Source of the DNA: Deltaproteobacteria bacterium
GTDB taxonomy: Bacteria; Myxococcota; Kuafuiibacteriia; Kuafuiibacteriales; Kuafuiibacteriaceae
Assembly (NCBI GenBank): GCA_040218735.1
Contig: JAVJQW010000033.1
Span: forward strand, 128,001-192,000
Length of the DNA stretch: 64,000 bases
Reading direction: 5' to 3'
Part shown: positions 9,212-17,083 of the stretch, piece by piece
How positions within the stretch are numbered: position 1 is the stretch's first letter
Layout of the letters: every line of letters begins with the position of its first letter
Notes under the pieces: generated by a model
What the model saw: the letters and a program-made list of their open reading frames with translations, nothing else
Told to the model about the DNA's origin: nothing
The model's database searches: none
Translations under genes and position numbers: made by a program

Positions 9212-10909
9212 ATGAAGGCTCTACGCCGCGCCGCGTTGGCGTCGATGGTCGCGCTCGGATGCGCCTCGAACGGGAAGGGGAAGGACGTCGTGGCGACCTC
9301 CGCGGCCGGGCTCGACCCGGCGCAGGTCGTCGCGATGTACATCGAGCGGTCCTTCGAGGAGCACCCGGACGTCGCGCGCGGCGCCGGTCTGCACGACTAC
9401 GACGGGCGCGTCGAGGAGGTCTCGAAGGCGGCCGTCGAGCGGCGGCTGGCGCGGGCGAAGGTCTACGTGGAGACCGTGAACGCGATCGATCCGGCGTCCG
9501 TCGAGGATCCGGTCCGCCTCGATCTCGAGCTGACACGGCTCGACGCGCTGCAGACGATCTTCGGAATCGAGCAGACGGAGGAGCACAGGAAGGTGCTGAG
9601 CTACGCCGGGCTCTTCGATACCAGCGGGTACCTCTCGCGCGACTACGCGCCGCTCGAGGTCCGCGTCGGCAAGTTGCTCGACCACGCGGCAGCCGCGACC
9701 GTGCGCGTCGACGACGTGCTCGCGATCCTGGATCCGAAGCAGCCGCGGACGCACCTCGCGACCGCCAAGGGGATGCTCGGGGGCTATCGATCGTTCTACG
9801 AAGGTGACGTCGCGACGCAGTCGAAGCCGGCGCTCGACGCGGAACCCGCGTTGGCGAAGCGCTTCGCGGAGGTGGTGCCGGCGCTCCTCGCGGCCGTGGA
9901 CCGGCTCATCGCGTGGATCGATGCGCACGAGGCCGAGGCGACCGATGACTTCGCGCTCGGCGAGGCGAAGTTCCTCGAGATGCTGCGCGTGAACGAGGAC
10001 CTCGAGATCACGCTGCCCGAGCTCCAACGAATGGCCGATGCGAACTACCGAGCGAACTACGACGCCTACGTAGCGACGGCGAAGCGGATCGATCCGAACA
10101 AGTCGGTGCAGGAGGTCGCCGCGATGGTCGCGGCGGAGCGGCTCCCCGCCGACCAGGTGATCACCACCGCGGCCCAGCAGCTCGACACGCTGCGAGAATA
10201 TATCGAAGCGAATGACATCATCACCATCGGGAGCGACGAGCGCGCGACGGTGAAGGTCACGCCGCCGTTCCTCCGCTTCAACTCCGCGTTCCTCGACATG
10301 GCGGGCCCGTTCGAGAAGGCGAAGGGCAGCTTCTATTACATCTCGCCGCCGGACCCGTCGTGGCCGAAGGCCACGCAGGAGGCGTACATCCCGTGGGCCG
10401 GTGATCTGCTCGGCACTTCGATTCACGAGGTCTACCCGGGTCACTTCGTGCACGGGCTGCAGTTCAGGCGCGCACCGACGAAGGCGCAGAAGATCTACGG
10501 CTCGTACGCGTTCATCGAGGGTTGGGCGCACTACACGGAGCAGATGATGCTCGACGCCGGGTACGGCGACGACGACCCGCGTCTGCGCCTCGGCCAGCTC
10601 TCGAACGCGCTGCTCCGCAACTGTCGTTTCCTCGCGGCGCTCGGGTTGCATACCCAAGGCATGACGGTCGAAGCGGCGGAGACGATGTTCCAGGAGAAGT
10701 GCTTCGTCGATCCCGGCAACGCGCGGCAGCAGGCGTTCCGTGGGACCTTCGATCCGGGGTACCTCAGCTACACCCTCGGCAAGCTCGCGATCCTCGACCT
10801 GCGCGAGAAGTTCTTCGCCGCGAAGAAGACGAAGAGCCTGCGCGCGTTCCACGACTGGCTGCTTTCGTACGGCGGCGCGCCGGTCGCGCTGATCGCGAAG
10901 CGGATGTGA
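9212..10909 (+). CDS. DUF885 family lipoprotein (putative metallopeptidase)
   Basis: Lipobox ALGC; HEVYPGH, EGWAHYTE, SYTLGK..I..LR and FHD motifs; GAGG precedes ATG 9212. Confidence 0.9.
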   Translation: MKALRRAALASMVALGCASNGKGKDVVATSAAGLDPAQVVAMYIERSFEEHPDVARGAGLHDYDGRVEEVSKAAVERRLARAKVYVETVNAIDPASVEDPVRLDLELTRLDALQTIFGIEQTEEHRKVLSYAGLFDTSGYLSRDYAPLEVRVGKLLDHAAAATVRVDDVLAILDPKQPRTHLATAKGMLGGYRSFYEGDVATQSKPALDAEPALAKRFAEVVPALLAAVDRLIAWIDAHEAEATDDFALGEAKFLEMLRVNEDLEITLPELQRMADANYRANYDAYVATAKRIDPNKSVQEVAAMVAAERLPADQVITTAAQQLDTLREYIEANDIITIGSDERATVKVTPPFLRFNSAFLDMAGPFEKAKGSFYYISPPDPSWPKATQEAYIPWAGDLLGTSIHEVYPGHFVHGLQFRRAPTKAQKIYGSYAFIEGWAHYTEQMMLDAGYGDDDPRLRLGQLSNALLRNCRFLAALGLHTQGMTVEAAETMFQEKCFVDPGNARQQAFRGTFDPGYLSYTLGKLAILDLREKFFAAKKTKSLRAFHDWLLSYGGAPVALIAKRM

Positions 10910-12019
10910 TCAGCGCTGGCGTAGGAAGGTGATCAGCGCGTCGCGATCCGCCGGCGAAAGCTCCAACCCGAACCGGTGACCCGGCACCGAACGCTCCGGA
11001 TCCAAGAGATCCTCGAGCCCCTCGACGCGCCCCATCGACAGGAGCCGCTCGCGCTGACCGACGCCGAGCAAGGAAGGCACACGCCACGTCCCGGTCGTGC
11101 GCGCCGGGGACCGCGCGACGGCGTCCGGCGTTCCGATCTCCTCGATGGCGCGGGGCGCGTTCGGCCGACCGTCCGCGCCGTGGCAAGTCGCGCACTCCGC
11201 ATCGAACGTCGCGTTCGAGGTCCACGCGGGGAGGGTGTCGGCCATGCGCCACAGGTACAGCGCGAGTGCAAACGCGACGACGCGCGGCGGGCGGCGCGCC
11301 TCCGACACCGAGGTGAGGAGGAGCGTCTCGAGGCGCACGGCGAGCGCGATGGGATCGTTCTTCAGCGTCGCCGCGCGGTGCAGGTGCGTCTGGTGTTGGA
11401 TCGGTCGGAGGTCGGGGATCGCGGTCGGGTTGTCGACGCCGTCCGCGGTGACGTCGAGCGCGCCGAGGCCCCACGCGCTCTGTTCGGTCTGCGTGCCGTA
11501 GAAGTCGTCGTAGAGGCGCCCGAGATCGAGCCGGTGGTTCGGGACGCCCACGGCGTCGGGGCGCGCGTGACACGTCGCGCAGGTGAAGGCGGGGAACACG
11601 CCGTCGCCGAGGTCGACTTCGACGTACGAACCCGGCCACACGCCGTAGTCCTCGACGTCCGCTTTACCGAGCGCGTCCGCGAGCTGCACCGGGTACGCGA
11701 AGAACGCGCGCTCCCCGAGCGCGAGCAGCGAGGCTTCGTCGAGCGCGGCGTCCCAGGTGTCTTCGTCCCAGGTCGCGGCGCCCGGCGTACGCACGCGCGG
11801 CCGCCACTCGTCGAGCGCACCCCACACATCCTCGCGGTATCGCTCCAACCGGCGCGCGCTGTAGCCGTTCGTCGGGTCGACGATCGACGCCTCCAGCGCT
11901 TGCCGACCCGCGCTCATCGACGCGACGTAGGCGCTCCCGCGCTCCATCAACGACGGCGTCGCGTCGCTGCGCTCGCCGCCGCAACCGGCGACGAGCACGA
12001 GGCAGATCAGCCGGCGCAT
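10910..12019 (-). CDS. Di-heme c-type cytochrome lipoprotein
   Basis: Lipobox VAGC, two CATCH heme motifs, and a VPSLLGV...GHRFG...DRDALITFL C-terminus like di-heme peroxidase/RoxA-type proteins. Confidence 0.75.
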   Translation of the reverse strand: MRRLICLVLVAGCGGERSDATPSLMERGSAYVASMSAGRQALEASIVDPTNGYSARRLERYREDVWGALDEWRPRVRTPGAATWDEDTWDAALDEASLLALGERAFFAYPVQLADALGKADVEDYGVWPGSYVEVDLGDGVFPAFTCATCHARPDAVGVPNHRLDLGRLYDDFYGTQTEQSAWGLGALDVTADGVDNPTAIPDLRPIQHQTHLHRAATLKNDPIALAVRLETLLLTSVSEARRPPRVVAFALALYLWRMADTLPAWTSNATFDAECATCHGADGRPNAPRAIEEIGTPDAVARSPARTTGTWRVPSLLGVGQRERLLSMGRVEGLEDLLDPERSVPGHRFGLELSPADRDALITFLRQR

Positions 12020-12642
12020 TGCGCGTCCGAGCACGACCAGCGCTCGCCCACGCGATCGTAGCGGCAGTACCAGCCCGCCCCCGGGCAGTCGCTGTCGTTC
12101 ACGCACTCGTCCTGCTCCGTATGGCAATAGTACCCGACGGTGCCGAGGTAGCTGCCGCAGTCGCCGAACGTCGGCGAGCAGAAGTTGCCGGTGCCGCAGT
12201 CTGCGTCGACGAGGCAGTTGCCCTGGCGCATGCAAATGTTCGCGTCGGAGCCGAACCCGCCGTTGCACTGGCAGACGTTGGACTCGCAGTCGCTGTCGAC
12301 GAAGCACTCGTCGTACGTGCAGACGTAGCCGAAGCGCATCTGCAGGCAGCGCCCGTTGTCACCGTCGGTGCAGTCGTCGTGCGCGGCGCACTGGTCTTCC
12401 GGGTTGCCGCTCGGGACGACCTGTGGGCTCGGCCGCGTCATGTCGCAGTCGATGCGTTCGGGGCGGTGTTTCTCGGGGGCTTCGACGCCCGCGTCGGGGA
12501 GCGTCCCGCCGTCGCGTACGAACCCGGCGTCGCGCGGCGGCGTCGTGGATCCGCCGTCGCGGTCGAGGCCGACCGTGGTGCGCGCACCGCAGCCTGCGGC
12601 GGCAAGTATCAGAAATCCGAGGGTGATTTTGCCCGTCCACAT
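12007..12642 (-). CDS. Cys-rich lipoprotein
   Basis: Lipobox AAGC, an RDAG/RDGG linker, and four CxxDxDC-like repeats. Confidence 0.8.
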   Translation of the reverse strand: MWTGKITLGFLILAAAGCGARTTVGLDRDGGSTTPPRDAGFVRDGGTLPDAGVEAPEKHRPERIDCDMTRPSPQVVPSGNPEDQCAAHDDCTDGDNGRCLQMRFGYVCTYDECFVDSDCESNVCQCNGGFGSDANICMRQGNCLVDADCGTGNFCSPTFGDCGSYLGTVGYYCHTEQDECVNDSDCPGAGWYCRYDRVGERWSCSDAQCAG

Positions 12643-12672
12643 GTCCAACGGGCTATAGCGGATGAGGCGGGA

Positions 12673-12701
12673 CCTCGGCGCGTGAAATCCACGCGCCGAG
12701 G
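12673..12701 (-). terminator. 12-bp perfect stem-loop downstream of the subtilase gene
   Basis: CCTCGGCGCGTG-aaatc-CACGCGCCGAGG; no U-tract follows. Confidence 0.55.
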
Positions 12702-12712
12702 GACATCTGTCG

Positions 12713-14458
12713 TTATCGGCAGGTCTTCGAGCCGTTGCGGCCGCGGCACTTGTTCGAGCAGCAGTCGCTGTTGCTCGTGCAGGCGTCGCCGGGCTGACCG
12801 AGGTTGCAGCCGCCGCCGGTGTTGCAGTCGGAGTCGGCGGCGTCGATCGCGCCGTCGCAGTCGTTGTCGAGGCCGTCGTTGCAGCTCGACTCCGTCGTCT
12901 CGGTCGGCGTGCAGCCGCTGCCGCCGGCGAGGATGGCTTCCGCGGCCGAGGCCTGCACGAGGCCGAAGCCGTACGCGTTGTCGCGGCCGGCCGGGCCGAG
13001 GTCGAGCGCGGACTGCGTCAGCGCGTTGCGCACGTCCGTGTTGGTGCGCGACGGGTAGTGGCTCCAGATCAGCGCCGCGACGCCCGCGACGTGCGGGGTG
13101 GCCATCGAGGTGCCGTCATAGAAGTCGTAGCCGCTTCCGGTCGTCGAGAGGTTCACGACGTTGCCGCTCTGCCCGAGGTTGTTGTTCACGATCGCCTGGC
13201 CGTCCGCCTGCGAGAGGCTGATGGCCGGGATCGAGCTGGTGTTCCCCGCGCCGAGCGTGCCGGAGAAGGGACCCGCGACGTTGTTGTAGATGATCGCCGC
13301 GGCGGCGCCGCCGGCCTGGGCGTTCTGCACCTTGTCGTTGAACGCGATGCTGCCGCGCTCGCACATCACGACCGCGCCGGACCACGAACCCACGCTGTCA
13401 CAGAGGCCGCCGTCGACGACGGGGCCGCTCGCGCCGGAGCTCTGCGCCGCGAACTCGATCGCGCCACCGGAGTACGTGTTCCCGCCGACCGTGATCGTGT
13501 GATTGCCGATGTACGGGACCGTGCTCTCGACGCCGACGCCCGGGGCGGCCAGCTCGACCTGGTTCGTCTGCTGCGAGAAGCTCGCGACCTGCATGTTGGA
13601 GTCGATCGCGGCGACCGACACGACCGAGTCGTAGGACGCGGGGTACGAGTGGCGCGTGTTGCCGTCGTTACCGGCGGCGGCGATCGAGAGGATGCCGGCG
13701 TTGTTCGCGTCGCGGAAGGCGCGGTTCTCGAAGTTGCTCTTCTGCGCGCCGCCGAGGCTCATGTTGACGACGATGTTGCCGCCCTGCTGCGCGCACTGGT
13801 CGAGCGCCGCGACGAGCGAGGACGAGTACGCCCACGCGCAGTCGTTACCGAACACCTTCACGATGTGGAGGTTCACGTTGCCGTTGCGGTTCACGCCGAC
13901 GACACCCGTGGAGTTGTTGAGCGCCGCGACGGTCCCCGCGACGTGTGTGCCGTGTCCGCAGCCGTCGACGTACGGGTTGCCGCTGCCCGAGTCGGGCGAC
14001 GCCGTGACGTTTGCGCTCTGAAGATCTTCGTGCGCGCTGTAGTAGCCCGAGTCGATGATGCAGACCGTCGTGTTGCCCGCGGCGGTGTCGGCGACCTGAA
14101 GCGCCTGCACCATCGTGATGCCGTAGGGCGTCGTTTGGGCCATCGGCCATCGCGGTGCGTCGGCTTCGATCGACGCGACCCACTTGTTGTGCCGGAGGCC
14201 TTCGATCGCGCGCTCCGGGATGTACGCCGCGACGGTGTCGTACTTGGGGAAGGCGTGCACGACGTGGGCGCCGATCTCTTGGAGCGCGGCCGAGCCTTGT
14301 TTCATGTCCTTGAAGGTGACGATGAAACGCGCGCCGCGTTTGTCGGTGAGGTTGGCCGGGCTGTTGAAGCGCTTGCCGGGCGCGGCGATGGCGACGGTGG
14401 ACGTCAGCAAGGTCGCCGCTGTCGCGACACCGAGCCAGGTTCGAATCTTCGGCTGCAT
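12713..14458 (-). CDS. Secreted S8 subtilisin-like serine protease with propeptide, PA domain and Cys-rich tail
   Basis: IIDSG, HGTHVAG, AAAGN, GTSMATPHVAG; PA insert (ERGSIAFNDKVQNAQAGGA); CNDGLDNDCDG motif; AAGGAG upstream of the start. Confidence 0.95.
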   Translation of the reverse strand: MQPKIRTWLGVATAATLLTSTVAIAAPGKRFNSPANLTDKRGARFIVTFKDMKQGSAALQEIGAHVVHAFPKYDTVAAYIPERAIEGLRHNKWVASIEADAPRWPMAQTTPYGITMVQALQVADTAAGNTTVCIIDSGYYSAHEDLQSANVTASPDSGSGNPYVDGCGHGTHVAGTVAALNNSTGVVGVNRNGNVNLHIVKVFGNDCAWAYSSSLVAALDQCAQQGGNIVVNMSLGGAQKSNFENRAFRDANNAGILSIAAAGNDGNTRHSYPASYDSVVSVAAIDSNMQVASFSQQTNQVELAAPGVGVESTVPYIGNHTITVGGNTYSGGAIEFAAQSSGASGPVVDGGLCDSVGSWSGAVVMCERGSIAFNDKVQNAQAGGAAAAIIYNNVAGPFSGTLGAGNTSSIPAISLSQADGQAIVNNNLGQSGNVVNLSTTGSGYDFYDGTSMATPHVAGVAALIWSHYPSRTNTDVRNALTQSALDLGPAGRDNAYGFGLVQASAAEAILAGGSGCTPTETTESSCNDGLDNDCDGAIDAADSDCNTGGGCNLGQPGDACTSNSDCCSNKCRGRNGSKTCR

Positions 14459-14609
14459 GGGTTCTTCGAGCTCCTTGTTGCACCGCGCGGCAGAAGTGCC
14501 GAACGGTTGGGGCAACACTGTGCGGATACGTGCAGCTTCTTGAAGACTCGAACGCACCGACGGACGCATGTCGCCGTATGCGTCGAGATTGCGTCAGACC
14601 GGTTGGTAC

Positions 14610-17015
14610 TCAGTCGAGCGCGACGCGGTAGACGTCGGCCTGGCTGTTGTCGCGGAACACGACGTCCTCGCGGACGATCGGCTCACCGAAGCGGAGGTAG
14701 TTCAGGCCGCGGAGGTTGTTCGTGATTGCGCCGTCCGTCGCGGTGAACATCCCGTCGACGCCCATCGAGATTCCGGCACACCCGTTGTTCGTGAACGTGA
14801 AGCGTTCGATGAACGCCTCCGTCTCCGAGAGCGCGAGCTGAGAGCTCCACGCCTCCGCGAAGAACGCGGAGCCCGGGCCGCGGAGGTTGCCGCCGCCGCG
14901 GTTCTCCGAGCAGTAGATGTCGCGCTCGAGCGCGTCGTCCGGGACGTTGGCGCCCGTGCCGTCGACCGTCAGGTCTTCGACGTTCGCCAGGGCGCCCCAC
15001 ACGTACAGACCGTACAGCTCGACGTCCGCGATCGCGGCGCGTCTCAACGTCAACGTGCCGCTGCGGATGATGACGCCGATGCGGCCGGACGACTCGCCTT
15101 CGACCGTGAGCCCGTCGATGTCCACCGCTGGCACGAGCGCGTCCTCGGCGCAGTTGCCGCGGCAGTCCGCGCCGATCGCCGTCATGGCGTCGCGCACGAC
15201 GACGTTGCGGATCGTCGCCGTGGTTCCTGCGCACGGTGCGATGCCGGTCGTGAGCGGGCCGAGCAGGGTCAGGTCGTCGATCGTCATCGTCACGCGGCTC
15301 GGCGTCTCGGGGGCGAAGCCTTCCAGGCACACGTTCGAGACGCCGGGGAGCGGCGCGACCTCGGTGGAGCGCGCGGCCCCGGCGCGGACGCGGCCCGAGC
15401 TCGCGACCCGGTCGAGATCCAACGTCGAGGTTCCGAAGAGATCCACCAGCGACTCGACGCCGGCCGCGTCGACGTCCCGGAGGACGACCTGGGCGGCGCC
15501 TTCGGCTTCGACGACATCCCCCGCTGCGCCCTCGACGCTCACGCGATCCAACGTCAGCGAAGCGCTCCCCTCCGCAGAGAACAGCGTGCCGCGCGACGTG
15601 TGACGGATGCGGGCGCGCACGAACGTGAGGGTCCCCGCGACGGACGACGCGACGGGCCCGTTCACGACGTCGACGTCGGTGGCGCTCAGCTCGGCGCCGG
15701 CGTTCACCGCAGCGAACGAGTGCGTCACGAACGCGGAGTCGCTCACTTCGACACGGCCTCCTTCGACGACGAAAGCGGGCGGCGTGTTGGCGGCGTCGAG
15801 CCACACGCGGGACACGTCGGCCTCGCCGCCCGTGACGCGCAGCGCGGGTGCGTCGAAGAACACGGCGCGCGAAACGTTCGACGTCCCGCCCGTCACGGTG
15901 ATCGCCGCCGCGATGGTGGCTTCGAAGACGACGTCGTCGACCGTGGCCGCGCCAGCGCTTTGCAACGCGCCGGCGACGAAGTGCGTGCGCTCGACGACGA
16001 GCGCACCCGTCGACGTGATCTGTGGGCCATCCACGACGGTGTCCACGACGCGAACGTCCCCGGAGGTCGTGAGGTTGTTCGTGGAGAGCAGGACACCATC
16101 GAACGTGACGTCCGCGCCCGCGCCGATCGTCGGCGCGCCGACCAGCGTCGTCTCCGCTGGGCACGTCCCGCGGAGCACGATGGTGCCGTCGATCGCGGGG
16201 ACGGAGTGCTGGCCCGCGGAGAGGAACAGCGTCGCGGGGCCGGTCGTCGCGGCGAGCGCGGCGGCGATCGAGTCGTAGGGCGAGCCGGTCGTGCCGTTCC
16301 CATTCGGCGCCGCGGCGAGGTCGACGTAGACCTCCGCCCCCACCGGGTTCGCGGTGCCGCGCCACGGCGTGCCGGGGCAGGCGACGAGCGGTGCGCACTG
16401 CGCGTCTTCGAGGCGCTGGACTTGGCCGGCGGGGCACGTGCGGCGGGACGCGGGCCGGCAGCGGCCGGAGCCGTCGAGCGCGAAGCCTTCGGCGCAGGCG
16501 TAATTCCACGCGGTCGGGCCCGCGACGGCGGGGGGCGGTGCGACGTCGGTTGGCGTTGGGCAGGGCTGCCCGCAGACGAGCCGGTCGTCGAAGAAGTGCC
16601 AGCACGCGTTGGCGGCGTCGCAGGTCGACGGTTCCTCGAGCCGCAGGTCGTCGATGAAATCGGGCCGCGGAACGATCTCGTTCCACTGTCGCTCCACGCT
16701 CTGCCAAACGTAGGTGAGCGCACCCGCCGGAACGGGGCGCCCCGCCTCGGGGTCGACCTCCGCCGTCACCCGCCCGGGTTCGAGTCCGTAGTCTGCGAGC
16801 GCGCCCGGGTAGGCGATCAGCACGACGTCCGCGCCGGAGCCGATCCCGAGAGGCGGCGGTCGTTGTCCGGGTTCGAGTGCGAAGAGGATCGGGAAACCCG
16901 TGCCCTCACGCACGATGAGGAGCGACGCGTGGTCGGGTTCCACCGGGAGCTGCACGGGGATCGACTCCGTGCAGGCCATCGCGAGCGCGACGGTGATGTA
17001 GGCGAAGCGCCGCAT
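14610..17015 (-). CDS. Lipoprotein with a Cys-rich segment and beta-helix, paralog of 5074..7434
   Basis: Lipobox AMAC; YVDLAAAPNGNGTTGSPYDSIAAAL; LRGTCPAETTL. Confidence 0.8.
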   Translation of the reverse strand: MRRFAYITVALAMACTESIPVQLPVEPDHASLLIVREGTGFPILFALEPGQRPPPLGIGSGADVVLIAYPGALADYGLEPGRVTAEVDPEAGRPVPAGALTYVWQSVERQWNEIVPRPDFIDDLRLEEPSTCDAANACWHFFDDRLVCGQPCPTPTDVAPPPAVAGPTAWNYACAEGFALDGSGRCRPASRRTCPAGQVQRLEDAQCAPLVACPGTPWRGTANPVGAEVYVDLAAAPNGNGTTGSPYDSIAAALAATTGPATLFLSAGQHSVPAIDGTIVLRGTCPAETTLVGAPTIGAGADVTFDGVLLSTNNLTTSGDVRVVDTVVDGPQITSTGALVVERTHFVAGALQSAGAATVDDVVFEATIAAAITVTGGTSNVSRAVFFDAPALRVTGGEADVSRVWLDAANTPPAFVVEGGRVEVSDSAFVTHSFAAVNAGAELSATDVDVVNGPVASSVAGTLTFVRARIRHTSRGTLFSAEGSASLTLDRVSVEGAAGDVVEAEGAAQVVLRDVDAAGVESLVDLFGTSTLDLDRVASSGRVRAGAARSTEVAPLPGVSNVCLEGFAPETPSRVTMTIDDLTLLGPLTTGIAPCAGTTATIRNVVVRDAMTAIGADCRGNCAEDALVPAVDIDGLTVEGESSGRIGVIIRSGTLTLRRAAIADVELYGLYVWGALANVEDLTVDGTGANVPDDALERDIYCSENRGGGNLRGPGSAFFAEAWSSQLALSETEAFIERFTFTNNGCAGISMGVDGMFTATDGAITNNLRGLNYLRFGEPIVREDVVFRDNSQADVYRVALD

Positions 17016-17083
17016 GCGTCGAAACGATCCGACAGTACTCGAACCTCGATTTTCTCGCGATCCGGGGTGCGCCTGCGCACGTA

